Assembly: GCA_038064195.1 (NCBI GenBank)
Contig: JBBTTO010000004.1
Location: 2,357 to 66,356 of the forward strand
DNA length: 64,000 nt
Origin: Patescibacteria group bacterium
GTDB taxonomy: Bacteria; Patescibacteriota; Microgenomatia; Levybacterales; UBA12049
Reading direction: 5' to 3'
In this document: piece by piece, positions 47,254-57,590 of the stretch
Layout: every line of letters starts with the position of its first letter
Position numbering within the stretch: the first letter of the stretch is position 1
Program-made: the position numbers and the translations under genes
The notes under the pieces: generated by a model
What the model saw: the letters and a program-made list of their open reading frames with translations, nothing else
Database searches by the model: none
Told to the model about the DNA's origin: nothing

Positions 47254-48474
47254 ATGAGTAAAATATGCTATACTTTGGCTATGGATCAGATTGATGACAT
47301 ACTGGCTAGGGGTGTAGCTAACATTATTCCGGGTAAGACCGAACTCCTCAAAGTCCTCTCTTCAGACAAAAAATTAAATGTTTACCTAGGAATTGATCCA
47401 ACCGCCACCAAAATTCATGTCGGACACGCTGTCCCACTTCGCAAACTCCAAGCATTAGCCGATCTCGGACATCATATTACTTTTCTCATAGGCGATTTTA
47501 CGGCTCTCATTGGAGACACATCGGATAAAGATTCGGAACGTCCTATTTTAACTAAAGAAGAAATAGAAGCCAACTTTCAGACCTATAAACGCCAGGCTGA
47601 GAAAGTCCTTGATTTTTCAAAAGTAACCGTGCGACATAACAGCGAATGGTTAGCTAAACTTACCTTTGAAGATATTGTAAAACTATCACAACATTTTTCA
47701 GTAGGTGATTTCACGAGTAGGGAACTAATACGTCGACGACTTGATGAAGGCAAACATGTTCGACTTGATGAAATGCTTTATCCTGTAATGCAAGGCTATG
47801 ACAGTTACTTCATGGACACTGATCTTCAGCTTGGTGGGACGGATCAAACATTTAATATGCAAGCAGGACGCACTTTGCAAAAAAACCTGCGTAATAAAGA
47901 ATCTTTTGTCATGTCGAATATATTTCTTGAAGGAACAGACGGGGAAAAAATGAGTAAAACCGGTGGCAACGCTATTTGGCTGGAAGATACTCCCGAAGAC
48001 ATGTATGCAAAGGTGATGGCAATTCATGATGATTTCATCATCAACTATTTCACCCTTGCAACAGATACACCACTACGGGAGATTGAAGAGATTAAAAAAG
48101 AACTATCCAGCTCATCTAATCCAATGAGTATCAAAAAACGACTGGCTCTTAAAATTGTTGAAGAATTACATGGAGTAGAGCCATCGAAATCAGCAGAAGA
48201 GGCATTTGCACGAACAGTTCAAAACAAAGAGTTACCTCAAGAAATCACGGGATTTCATATAACTTCTGCCTTAACTTCTGTAGGAACGGTTTCAGACGCA
48301 TTAGTAGAACTACAATTAGCAGAAAGCAGATCTGAGGCAAAAAGACTTATTACTCAAGGGGGTACTGTCGTTTATGGGGAAGTTGTCCGTGACCCAAATC
48401 AAGCCTTTGTTCCCCAAGAAGACGGAATTATTAGAGTCGGCAAACGTAAAATTGTCAAACTCCTCAAGCCCTAG
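47254..48474 (+). CDS. tyrS: tyrosyl-tRNA synthetase
   Basis: GIDPTATKIHVGH (HIGH), KMSKT (KMSKS) and a C-terminal S4-like domain; 406 aa. Confidence 0.85.
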   Translation: MSKICYTLAMDQIDDILARGVANIIPGKTELLKVLSSDKKLNVYLGIDPTATKIHVGHAVPLRKLQALADLGHHITFLIGDFTALIGDTSDKDSERPILTKEEIEANFQTYKRQAEKVLDFSKVTVRHNSEWLAKLTFEDIVKLSQHFSVGDFTSRELIRRRLDEGKHVRLDEMLYPVMQGYDSYFMDTDLQLGGTDQTFNMQAGRTLQKNLRNKESFVMSNIFLEGTDGEKMSKTGGNAIWLEDTPEDMYAKVMAIHDDFIINYFTLATDTPLREIEEIKKELSSSSNPMSIKKRLALKIVEELHGVEPSKSAEEAFARTVQNKELPQEITGFHITSALTSVGTVSDALVELQLAESRSEAKRLITQGGTVVYGEVVRDPNQAFVPQEDGIIRVGKRKIVKLLKP

Positions 48475-48603
48475 TATAATGACCTTATGAATTATATGCG
48501 GGGGCATGAAAAAATCTTTAAGATCGTCGTTGTCGTCGCACTCGTTGCCTTAATTGTTTCATCTTTTCTGCCGTTTCTGGTTTACCTCTTTCAGTAGTTA
48601 ATT

Positions 48604-50676
48604 ATGGATTTGGACGCACCTCTCACAACGGGCAACCGCAGTCTCAAAATGTACGCAAAGCGTCTAACCAAGCTTGATATTTACACCTTTCGTGATCTGC
48701 TTTACCATCTCCCGTCCCGCTATGAAGACTACTCCCTTGTCTCCAAAATTGCTCAGCTCCAGGAAGGTGAAAAGGTCACAGTAAGGGGAGAAGTCCTTGA
48801 AGCAAAAACGAGTTATACACGATCTCGTAAAAGCATACAGAAGGTCAATATTAAAGACGAAACCGGGATACTAACCCTGCATTGGTTTAACCAGCCCTAT
48901 ATTGTTCAAAATCTCAACAGAGGGGACATCCTTTCGGTATCGGGAAGAGTAGATCTTTTCTCACGAAAAATTTCTATGATTGCTCCCGATTTTGAAATAG
49001 TCCGTGACGGCCAGCTTATCCATACTGGAAGGATAGTACCTGTCTATCCTGAAACTGCAGGAGTCTCATCAAAGTGGCTCAGACGCCAAATCATACTGCT
49101 TTTAACCGATGCTCTGCCTCATCTCACAGATTATCTCCCGAACACAATACAAAAAGACTACCAACTTCTCCCGCTCAGAGACGCGCTCCAAACTATTCAT
49201 TTTCCGCCATCAATTGAATCAACGATCAAAGCACGCCACCGCCTAGCATTTGATGAGGTTTTTCTCATTCAAATCATGACTCTCGTTCGTAAACAGCAAT
49301 GGCGCTCGCTGAAAAAAGGTCATAGCATGACAATTTCTGAAAAATCTAAAAAGGAATTCCTGACGTCACTTCCTTTTATGCTGACACCCTCACAATTAAG
49401 GGTGTGTCAAGAACTCCAACATGATATGAGTCTTACCAGACCTATGAACAGACTCTTACAAGGCGACGTAGGCAGCGGGAAAACGGTAATTGCAGCATTG
49501 GGAAGCTTCATTGCCTACAAAAACGGATTTCAGTCAGCGATTATGGCTCCGACTGAAATCCTGGCCCAGCAACACTACAACACTCTTACAAGCCTTTTAT
49601 CTCCATTTGGAATTAAGGTTGGCTTAGTAACAAGCAGTAGCAAGTATGATGCATCAGGTAGTAAGGGTAAAAACCAAAAAGAGAAAAAAATACTTAATAC
49701 AAAATACAAGACACATGATACTGACGTAATCGTCGGAACACATGCGCTTGTTGCAGCTGCTCTTGATTTCCAAAGACTCGGTTTTATCGCAATTGACGAA
49801 CAACAGCGCTTCGGTGTGGCACAACGGGGGATTTTACGTGAGAAAGGACTCAACCCGCATCTTTTGACCATGACTGCGACGCCTATCCCGCGTACTATGG
49901 CACTGACTCTTTATGGAGAACTCGATGCCTCCTATCTGACCGATATGCCTACGGGTCGAAAATCTGTCAAAACCTGGCTGGTGCCGGCTGTAAAAAGAGA
50001 CGGAGCCTATGACTGGATACATAAACAAATTAATCAGACTCATTCACAGGTCTTTATTATTTGTCCGTTCATTGAAAACTCTGAGAATATGCAGACAGTA
50101 AAAGCTGCCAGTTCGGAATTTGAGAGGCTTAAGAGAGAGGTATTCCCTGACGTAAGGCTTGGATTATTACATGGCAAGCTTAAGTCCAAAGAAAAAGACA
50201 CGATCCTCAGCGCCTTTCGGAGTAATGATTACGACATCTTAGTCGCAACACCTGTTGTTGAAGTCGGCATTGATATACCTAATGCGACTATTATTCTTAT
50301 TGAAGGTAGTGAGCGCTTTGGCCTCTCACAACTCCATCAACTCAGAGGCAGGGTAGGGAGGGGAGACCAGCAATCATATTGTCTGTTATTTACAACTGCC
50401 GAGTCACCGACAAGTCTTAAAAGGCTCGCTGCCATGGAGACAATGTCCCAAGGTGCAGCCCTGGCGGAATTTGATCTCAACCTCCGCGGTCCGGGGGAGC
50501 TCTACGGACAAAAACAATCAGGTGCGAGAATGCTCAAAATTGCTTCTTTCTCAGACATTGAGCTGCTCAGTGAGGCCAAGCAAGCTGCTGCTACTATATT
50601 CCCAATGCTCAATTCCTATCATGAGCTCAAAGAAATAATCTTAAAAATCGGCTCCGACACCGTAGTCCCGGATTAG
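48604..50676 (+). CDS. recG: ATP-dependent DNA helicase RecG
   Basis: wedge/OB N-terminal domain, DVGSGKT Walker A, QLHQLRGRVGRG motif VI. Confidence 0.85.
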   Translation: MDLDAPLTTGNRSLKMYAKRLTKLDIYTFRDLLYHLPSRYEDYSLVSKIAQLQEGEKVTVRGEVLEAKTSYTRSRKSIQKVNIKDETGILTLHWFNQPYIVQNLNRGDILSVSGRVDLFSRKISMIAPDFEIVRDGQLIHTGRIVPVYPETAGVSSKWLRRQIILLLTDALPHLTDYLPNTIQKDYQLLPLRDALQTIHFPPSIESTIKARHRLAFDEVFLIQIMTLVRKQQWRSLKKGHSMTISEKSKKEFLTSLPFMLTPSQLRVCQELQHDMSLTRPMNRLLQGDVGSGKTVIAALGSFIAYKNGFQSAIMAPTEILAQQHYNTLTSLLSPFGIKVGLVTSSSKYDASGSKGKNQKEKKILNTKYKTHDTDVIVGTHALVAAALDFQRLGFIAIDEQQRFGVAQRGILREKGLNPHLLTMTATPIPRTMALTLYGELDASYLTDMPTGRKSVKTWLVPAVKRDGAYDWIHKQINQTHSQVFIICPFIENSENMQTVKAASSEFERLKREVFPDVRLGLLHGKLKSKEKDTILSAFRSNDYDILVATPVVEVGIDIPNATIILIEGSERFGLSQLHQLRGRVGRGDQQSYCLLFTTAESPTSLKRLAAMETMSQGAALAEFDLNLRGPGELYGQKQSGARMLKIASFSDIELLSEAKQAAATIFPMLNSYHELKEIILKIGSDTVVPD

Positions 50677-50713
50677 AATTGACAAGTCACAAGCTTCTTC
50701 TTACACTAAGATT

Positions 50714-51850
50714 ATGCCCGAACAATATGTACTGCAACAAAAGCCTCTTCCACCAATGCCCGATGAAGTCGAAACGAAAAAAATCTCCCGTCCTTTGCTC
50801 ATCGGAGGAGTTTTAGTCGTTCTATTAATCGTATTTCTACTCGGCCTTTTTTTAGGCCGCACACCTCAAAATAAAAAGCCCTCTCAAGTTGTCTCAATAT
50901 CTCCGACCACTGCACCTAGCGAGACAGTTGATGGGGAGTCATCACTGACTCCGACACCGGTATCTGAGGTACCACATGTGCAATTCTTGCCAAACAAACA
51001 ATACTTTGACGATACCTATGTCGCAATCCAGCAGGATTCTCCGCATGCGGCAATTGTCGTTTCAACTTCGCGGGTCGAGCAACAACAGAATTTTGTGGAG
51101 TATACAAAAGTTAACTACTTTGATGGGCAGCTCTGGAATCGTAAAACAGTAACCACTACGATCCCCTCATCAGACATTAAAACTAATTCATTACTCAGAT
51201 CATGGACTAACGGCCTCAATGTAAAACAAAGTCAGTATTCTCTTCCTCTTGCAAAAGTACAGCTGCCAACAGGCCCTATTACGTTCACATCAGCCAATCT
51301 CCAAAACGAAATAAGCCTGCAAAGTCTTCCCGGCTCAACTAAATTTATTTATCAAGGCTTGGGAACCATAACTATCAAAGATGACACAACTCCTGCGTAT
51401 GTTTTTTATAGCAGGACGTATTCGTTCAACGCGATTGACCTAGCATTTTTAGCCCACCCTGAAAATTTGACCTCAAATTGGTTTTTGTTCTGGGATAAAG
51501 AGAATACTTTTTATTACTTAGATAATCATAGCGTACCCGGATCAGAAAATCCGATCCAAAACTTCCAGATCGGCGTAAGAGAAAGCTTTGATCACAGCGT
51601 CGTACGTACTCCCGAGGTAAATACGAGCTTTCAGAAAGATAACCAGCTCAGTAGTTACGAAGCTACTTTCAATACTCCTGTTAACGAAAGAGTCCTCCTA
51701 CCGGAACAAAACGTAGTTAATAAAGCGAATAGCAAAGCATATCAATGGATTATGGGGCTTGGGGAAGGAAAAGTTATTAAACGGGAGGGAAGAAGTGTCT
51801 CAGGGGTAGGACTTGTGGAGTACATAAGACAGGGATCACTCAAACAGTAA
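50714..51850 (+). CDS. hypothetical membrane-anchored protein
   Basis: single N-terminal TM and a large extracytoplasmic domain. Confidence 0.45.
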   Translation: MPEQYVLQQKPLPPMPDEVETKKISRPLLIGGVLVVLLIVFLLGLFLGRTPQNKKPSQVVSISPTTAPSETVDGESSLTPTPVSEVPHVQFLPNKQYFDDTYVAIQQDSPHAAIVVSTSRVEQQQNFVEYTKVNYFDGQLWNRKTVTTTIPSSDIKTNSLLRSWTNGLNVKQSQYSLPLAKVQLPTGPITFTSANLQNEISLQSLPGSTKFIYQGLGTITIKDDTTPAYVFYSRTYSFNAIDLAFLAHPENLTSNWFLFWDKENTFYYLDNHSVPGSENPIQNFQIGVRESFDHSVVRTPEVNTSFQKDNQLSSYEATFNTPVNERVLLPEQNVVNKANSKAYQWIMGLGEGKVIKREGRSVSGVGLVEYIRQGSLKQ

Positions 51851-52634
51851 TGTCAATCCTAAGCCCGAAATGATCCGAAAGATCAGGGCTATCAACTAAC
51901 ATAAAATTTTCGGCTACTAAGAGTGGACTTGTATAAATATAATCGACTGCGTGTCCGGACGGAAAAAGTTCTTTAGCTCTATGCAGATGGGGATTTAGGG
52001 TATTGGTAAGTCCCGCATTGACACTATGATTGACGGCTAGGCCGTCAATCATCTTCACTACCCGGGATTCACTTGTAACATTAAAATCTCCTGAAAGTAA
52101 AAAGGGGGAATCAAGCTCTCGTAGGAAGTTGTAAAGAATCCTCCCCTGGTCAACTTTATATGGCTCGTCTTTAGGATTTGGGCCCCAGCTCAAATGAGTA
52201 TTAACAAACCACACACTCTTTTCATCAAGAAGAAATTTCAGCGCCAGAGCATTACGGGGAAGACTCTTGATAAAAGCACTATCTTCAGTATTATAACGCG
52301 CCACCTCCCTAAATGGTTTAAGCCAAATTATCTTCTCATCAGTTTTACTCAATGAAGGCTTGAAAAAAGTCGCGTTACCGAAATATGAATCAGGCTGATT
52401 GGTAATATGCCAGGTCTTGGTAAGTGAAGCTGAGTACCCCAGTCGCTCCTGTAATTTTATGAGATTGTCTATTCCTTGATCCTTACTAAAATAACCGCCT
52501 GCCACTTCCTGTAAATGGATAATATCAAAGTCGTTTTCTAACACATAGGCAATAACATCGTCTAATTTGCGACCGCCTTCAATATTGAGATGAAAAAACT
52601 TTATTTGCATGAGACGATTATAACAAATGGTCAT
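51840..52634 (-). CDS. endonuclease/exonuclease/phosphatase (EEP) family protein
   Basis: DIIHLQEV motif and C-terminal SDH catalytic context. Confidence 0.65.
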   Translation of the reverse strand: MTICYNRLMQIKFFHLNIEGGRKLDDVIAYVLENDFDIIHLQEVAGGYFSKDQGIDNLIKLQERLGYSASLTKTWHITNQPDSYFGNATFFKPSLSKTDEKIIWLKPFREVARYNTEDSAFIKSLPRNALALKFLLDEKSVWFVNTHLSWGPNPKDEPYKVDQGRILYNFLRELDSPFLLSGDFNVTSESRVVKMIDGLAVNHSVNAGLTNTLNPHLHRAKELFPSGHAVDYIYTSPLLVAENFMLVDSPDLSDHFGLRIDITV

Positions 52635-52674
52635 CAGTCTTGCGATTGAATGTCAAATAAGATACAATACACCC

Positions 52675-52875
52675 ATGGCACAAGAACCGAAAAAACGTCA
52701 TTCCAGGCAACGTCAGGGGAAAAGAAGAGCTGCTCTATCCTTAGCAGTTCCGCGTACTGTACGTTGTGATAACTGCGGCAATCAACACATTCCTCATCTG
52801 GTTTGTCCGCACTGCGGCTATTACCGCGGAGTAGACATAGTCAGCAAATCAACAACTACCAAAGACATTCAGTAA
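52675..52875 (+). CDS. rpmF: 50S ribosomal protein L32
   Basis: MAQEPKKRHSRQRQGKRR...CDNCG...CPHCGYYRG zinc ribbon. Confidence 0.8.
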   Translation: MAQEPKKRHSRQRQGKRRAALSLAVPRTVRCDNCGNQHIPHLVCPHCGYYRGVDIVSKSTTTKDIQ

Positions 52876-52881
52876 TCCACC

Positions 52882-53247
52882 ATGAAGACGTCGCAAGACC
52901 CCCGTCATATAAAACGTCAGCACGTCGTGCAGGAATTATTTAAAATCCAGTTCCACATTCAACCGGTCTCTGAAAGAGCTCAAGAGATAGTAAGTAATCT
53001 GGAATCAATTGACGAAAGAATACACCGGGCCGCACCCGAATTCCCGGTTGATAAAATCAATCGGATCGATCTCTCAATTTTACGGCTGGCTGTCTTTGAA
53101 TTAGTGATTGAAAAAAAAGAGCCCGTGAATGTTATAATAGACGAAGCGGTGGAACTCGGTAAGGAGTTCGGCGGTGAAGCGAGCCCAAGCTTTATTAACG
53201 GGGCATTAGGTAATATCATTTCTCATGAGCAATCTTCCAAAAATTAA
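52882..53247 (+). CDS. nusB: transcription antitermination factor NusB
   Basis: LAVFELVIEKKEPVNVIIDEAVELGKEFGGEASPSFINGALGNI. Confidence 0.8.
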   Translation: MKTSQDPRHIKRQHVVQELFKIQFHIQPVSERAQEIVSNLESIDERIHRAAPEFPVDKINRIDLSILRLAVFELVIEKKEPVNVIIDEAVELGKEFGGEASPSFINGALGNIISHEQSSKN

Positions 53248-53908
53248 CAATCAAGCACTTTTTGAACAGGCTTTTACCCATAGGTCTTATCTTAATGAAG
53301 CAAAAAAAGAACTCGAATCCAATGAGCGACTTGAGTTTCTGGGTGACAGTATTCTTTCCTTTGTAGTCTCTGAGCATCTTTACAAAAATTTCCCTGACTT
53401 TGATGAAGGAATTCTTACTAATTTACGATCACTCCTTGTCAATACAAAAAGTATCGCTCTGGCAGCCAAAACACTTGATTTCGGAAAATACCTCAAGCTT
53501 TCACGCGGAGAGGAAGAGTCAAAAGGACGGGAAAACGAGTCACTTTTAGCTAATTCTTTTGAAGCCTTTATCGGCGCACTCTACCTGGATCAGGGGATTG
53601 AACAAGCCAGAGAATTTATAGGAGGAATGCTTTTTGCACAAATTGACGACATTGTTGCCAATAAAGCATTTAAAGACCCCAAAAGTCTCCTGCAGGAATT
53701 TGTTCAGGCACGCAAACAAAACTCACCGGTTTATAAAGTACTCCACGAGGAAGGTCCGCCACACGCAAAGACATTCACCATCGGTGCTTTTGTTAATTCA
53801 TCTCAGATAGGCGAGGGAGTCGGCCGGTCTAAGCAGGAAGCCGAGGAACAAGCGGCGCAAAAAGCACTTGCATTTCTCCAAACTCAGGCTATCCCGTCCC
53901 AGGAGTAA
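53225..53908 (+). CDS. rnc: ribonuclease III
   Basis: ERLEFLGDSILSFVVSEHLY signature and C-terminal dsRBD. Confidence 0.9.
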   Translation: MSNLPKINNQALFEQAFTHRSYLNEAKKELESNERLEFLGDSILSFVVSEHLYKNFPDFDEGILTNLRSLLVNTKSIALAAKTLDFGKYLKLSRGEEESKGRENESLLANSFEAFIGALYLDQGIEQAREFIGGMLFAQIDDIVANKAFKDPKSLLQEFVQARKQNSPVYKVLHEEGPPHAKTFTIGAFVNSSQIGEGVGRSKQEAEEQAAQKALAFLQTQAIPSQE

Positions 53909-53964
53909 ATGTTACCCGCGGGCAGGCTTGAGAATCTGGTGAATTCATGATACAATGAACCTCT

Positions 53965-54192
53965 ATGGCAGTTGTAATACGTCTTAGCCGAACCGGTAAA
54001 AAAGGTGAACGGAAATTCCGTATCGTCGTTAAAGAAAAACGCAGTCGTCGTGACGGTGATTCCATTGAAAGCTTAGGCTGGTACGAAAAAGGCAAAAACG
54101 GCGGTAAAAAAGAATTGAATATGGAGAGATATAACTACTGGCTCTCCCAGGGCGCTCTCCCATCCCCGACAGTAGCGAAGCTCGCGAAATAA
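53965..54192 (+). CDS. rpsP: 30S ribosomal protein S16
   Basis: MAVVIRLSRTGKKGERKFRIVV. Confidence 0.9.
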   Translation: MAVVIRLSRTGKKGERKFRIVVKEKRSRRDGDSIESLGWYEKGKNGGKKELNMERYNYWLSQGALPSPTVAKLAK

Positions 54193-54193
54193 C

Positions 54194-54436
54194 ATGAAAG
54201 ATACACTCCACTTTATTGTTTCATCTATTGTTGAAAAAACCGATGCGGTAGCTATTGATGAAATTGAGGAAAATGGAGTTATCAATCTCGTCATTCATGT
54301 GGATCCGACAGAAATCGGCAAGGTCATAGGTAAAGAAGGCAAAGTCATTCGAAGTATCCGTAACCTCATGAAAGTAAAGGCGATGAAGCATGATGTACGA
54401 ATTATGGTCTCCCTCGCTGAAATCCCCCAAGAGTAA
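54194..54436 (+). CDS. KH-domain RNA-binding protein (YlqC/UPF0109-like)
   Basis: IGKVIGKEGKVIRSIRNLMKV KH motif; conserved position between rpsP and trmD. Confidence 0.75.
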   Translation: MKDTLHFIVSSIVEKTDAVAIDEIEENGVINLVIHVDPTEIGKVIGKEGKVIRSIRNLMKVKAMKHDVRIMVSLAEIPQE

Positions 54437-54454
54437 TAATCAATATAAATACGA

Positions 54455-54572
54455 ATACCAAAGCACGAAATCCGAACCAATATCTAATTTCACAATCTAA
54501 CAATTTAAACTATTGAGCTTTAAACATTTGAATTTGTTTCGAATTTCGATATTCGTATTTCGAATTTAATAT
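54455..54572. repeat. intergenic TTTCGA-type repeat cluster (related to 40811-40912)
   Basis: cacgaaatccgaa ... tttgaatttgtttcgaatttcgatattcgtatttcgaattt. Confidence 0.6.
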
Positions 54573-54574
54573 TT

Positions 54575-55279
54575 ATGAAGATTTCTATTCTTACACTTTT
54601 CCCGCAGATGTTCCAGGGCCCATTCAGTCAATCAATAATCAAACAGGCTGTTGCGAAACAGGCAGCCACTATCAATTTTATTAACATTCGGGATTTCGGT
54701 ATAGGCAGACACCGGGTAGTCGATGATACCCCATACGGAGGCGGTATCGGCATGGTAATGCGTGTTGATGTCTTAAAGAGCGCGCTTGATGCTACTCGCG
54801 ATCATAATCTGAAACCGCAGGAAGAGAAAGTCATCCTGATGACAGCTGACGGAAAAACTTATAATCAGCGTATCGCGGAAAGCTATACGAAAGTAAAGCA
54901 CCTTATTATTATTTGCGGTCACTATGAAGGAGTCGATGAGAGGATGCGGACATTTGTTGATGAGGAAATATCACTTGGGGACTTTGTCTTGACAGGCGGT
55001 GAAATTCCGGCAATGCTTATCGTAGATTCTGTTATCAGACTAATACCTGGAGTTCTCAAACCCGGCGTAACTTCTGCCGAGTCATTCTCACACAAAAAGG
55101 ACGGCTCGTACCTGCTTGAATACCCGCTTTATACCAAACCGCAAAGCTTTGTGGGGATGGATGTGCCTGACATATTATTATCAGGCAATCACAAAAAAAT
55201 TGATGAGTGGAGGGAAGCCCAGACACTGAAGCGGACCGGAACACGACGTCCTGACTTGATTAAAGATCAGAACCGGTAA
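54575..55279 (+). CDS. trmD: tRNA (guanine37-N1)-methyltransferase
   Basis: MKISILTLFPQMF N-terminus; SPOUT fold; 234 aa. Confidence 0.9.
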   Translation: MKISILTLFPQMFQGPFSQSIIKQAVAKQAATINFINIRDFGIGRHRVVDDTPYGGGIGMVMRVDVLKSALDATRDHNLKPQEEKVILMTADGKTYNQRIAESYTKVKHLIIICGHYEGVDERMRTFVDEEISLGDFVLTGGEIPAMLIVDSVIRLIPGVLKPGVTSAESFSHKKDGSYLLEYPLYTKPQSFVGMDVPDILLSGNHKKIDEWREAQTLKRTGTRRPDLIKDQNR

Positions 55280-56012
55280 CTGCAGATCCGCTGGCCTGAG
55301 GTATCTCCGGAGTTGTAGGGATCTCCATAAGTGATTGCTGCTTCCATGTCCCCAAAGTCTTAAGTAAAGTAATTTGTGGCTGATTCAATGTCTTAACAGG
55401 ACGTGTATAAAGAATCTGCAAATTATCAGGTAAGAATTTATAGAAATAGATAAGACCGATAGTCGCTCCGTCGTTACCAAATGATACCGTCACCACCTCA
55501 GATAATGGTAACTTTTTGTTGATATCATGTAAGAAATGCTGCATTTGTCCGACTGTACCTTTAAGAGAGATTTTGACCGGAAGTGATGTCTCAGACGCAA
55601 GTTGAGCCGATTTTGTTGATAAATCGCCTATTTGGAGTGAGTAGTCATCACGCCGCACGCCTGCCAGAATAGTCGCGTCATCAATACTGCTGATAATACC
55701 GGCATAATCTTTAGCGTAGGGAAGGGCTGTCGTGGCAACGGCAAATTGATCTTCAAGCTGGCTATCATTTAATCCTGCCAAAATCGTCTGGTTGGCTTTA
55801 AGCAAACTAATGTTCTCATTGGTTTTTTTAACCTCTTCTTGAAGAGAAAACCAGCTCCCTACCTGAGGAAGAACAGCTTTCCAGAGAAGAAGTATTGCTA
55901 TGAGTCCGACAATACAAACTACCGCCAAAGAAAAATATGGCGTATCTTTATACTTAAAATAGAGAAGTCGAATATCTCCCAAGGTGCGAACCGAATTTAA
56001 TTCGTTCATCAT
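55260..56012 (-). CDS. pilO: type IV pilus assembly protein PilO-like
   Basis: N-terminal TM, coiled-coil, position after pilN. Confidence 0.55.
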   Translation of the reverse strand: MMNELNSVRTLGDIRLLYFKYKDTPYFSLAVVCIVGLIAILLLWKAVLPQVGSWFSLQEEVKKTNENISLLKANQTILAGLNDSQLEDQFAVATTALPYAKDYAGIISSIDDATILAGVRRDDYSLQIGDLSTKSAQLASETSLPVKISLKGTVGQMQHFLHDINKKLPLSEVVTVSFGNDGATIGLIYFYKFLPDNLQILYTRPVKTLNQPQITLLKTLGTWKQQSLMEIPTTPEIPQASGSAVTGSDL

Positions 56013-56016
56013 AGCG

Positions 56017-56568
56017 TTATAAAAGTGTTAGCAAAACAACAGCTTCAAAATGAGTAGTAACATTTTTATCATTCACTTTTGCCTCAAGGGAAGTCAGATA
56101 AACCCGTGACAGTACTTTCTTACTCTGTGTAAGTTTTTTTAGTTTATCAAAATAGGTTTCTAAATCCTGCAAGCTTTGAGAAGTTACGGTAATACTCATG
56201 TCTTTTTTTTCAACCGAAAACGCGGTTATCTCAGAGCCTGAAGGCAACTCATTACGCAACATCTCCAGATCATCACCATAATGAGATCTTTTTGCAGTAA
56301 TTAATGCTATGTCACTTAAACGCCCGGAAAGAAGCGTTTGTTTAAGCAACTTTTCATGTGACTGAGCTAGGGATCCGGTCAGACTTTTCTCGGTACTCTT
56401 AAGCTGAGGAAGCGGGGAGGCAATAAGCAATAAAAAAAGAATTATAGAGACTCCTCCGACAAGAAAGAGCGCCCCGAGAGCAACCCATCTGAAAAGCTTG
56501 ACACGAACTGTCAGCTCATTAAGACTCTGTTGTTTTTTACTGTAGAGAAGGTTGATATCTTTATTCAT
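56017..56568 (-). CDS. pilN: type IV pilus assembly protein PilN-like
   Basis: short cytoplasmic N-terminus, TM, periplasmic domain; follows pilM. Confidence 0.55.
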   Translation of the reverse strand: MNKDINLLYSKKQQSLNELTVRVKLFRWVALGALFLVGGVSIILFLLLIASPLPQLKSTEKSLTGSLAQSHEKLLKQTLLSGRLSDIALITAKRSHYGDDLEMLRNELPSGSEITAFSVEKKDMSITVTSQSLQDLETYFDKLKKLTQSKKVLSRVYLTSLEAKVNDKNVTTHFEAVVLLTLL

Positions 56569-57589
56569 CTGAACGCATCGCCAATCCTATGGCAACTGCA
56601 AAACGAGGCCCCTGGTCCATTAAATCAGGCGTAACACCGGTAATAGAGAAGGTTTTCCATGGATTGCCGATGAGGGTTTCAATACCGGCATTTTTGACAA
56701 AGAACAAATCAATCCCAGGAAGAAGCGACGATCCTCCGGTAAGAAGAATCTGTGAGATAGGAGCATCATTTTTGTATTTATCCACGTAGTAGGCTATTGC
56801 TTTCTTAACTTCAGTCAAAATACTCATAAGAATTGGCTGAAGAGTCAGGCTGATTTTACCTCCCAAACTCTGATCATTAATACCGTACGTTTTTTTATAT
56901 TCTTCTGCCTGCTGCGGTGTAAATCCGAAATTAGAGGCGATAGCCCGATCCATCGCCGCACCCCCCAGGGGTATTGAATAGGTGAAAATAATAGTACCCC
57001 CTTGAACAATTGCGAGGGAAGTGCTGAGAGCGCCAATTGTAATAATCAAAATAACCGCAGTTGAGTTCGCGGGGACAAGTGACCGTACTATTGAGATAAC
57101 CTCTGTCTCGACCGCGGCAATAGACAGTCCGGTCATTTCCAGAATTTGCTGATAGCGATGGACAAGGACTGTCGGAGCCCCAACCAGGAGAACCTGCATC
57201 TTTGGACTGACTTCATTATTAATATTTCGTCTCACCACTTTATAGTCAATGGCCATCGTATTCAGGGGAGCGGGGATATGTTGCTCTGCCTCCCAATAAA
57301 TAGCACTGGAAAGTTCTTTGTCTGAGAGATCAGGCATTTCAATAACTTTAGTAAAAACCTGATTCTCAGGAAGAGCGACATTGATATTTTTGGTCGTGAC
57401 TTTTGCGTCCACTACTAATCGCTGGATTGCCTGAGCCATAGCTTGCTGGTCAAAAGGTGACTCTGAAAACATACCTTTGGCGGGAGTAACTGTCATCAAA
57501 GAGGATTTAAGCACAAAACCTGTTTTGGCCTTTTGTAACCAGACCAGTTTCATTGAGGTAGCGCCAATATCAAGACCGAATGTAATCAT
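56561..57589 (-). CDS. pilM: type IV pilus assembly ATPase-fold protein PilM
   Basis: MITFGLDIGATSMKLV actin-like N-terminus; start trimmed from the ORF track. Confidence 0.8.
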   Translation of the reverse strand: MITFGLDIGATSMKLVWLQKAKTGFVLKSSLMTVTPAKGMFSESPFDQQAMAQAIQRLVVDAKVTTKNINVALPENQVFTKVIEMPDLSDKELSSAIYWEAEQHIPAPLNTMAIDYKVVRRNINNEVSPKMQVLLVGAPTVLVHRYQQILEMTGLSIAAVETEVISIVRSLVPANSTAVILIITIGALSTSLAIVQGGTIIFTYSIPLGGAAMDRAIASNFGFTPQQAEEYKKTYGINDQSLGGKISLTLQPILMSILTEVKKAIAYYVDKYKNDAPISQILLTGGSSLLPGIDLFFVKNAGIETLIGNPWKTFSITGVTPDLMDQGPRFAVAIGLAMRSDE

Positions 57590-57590
57590 G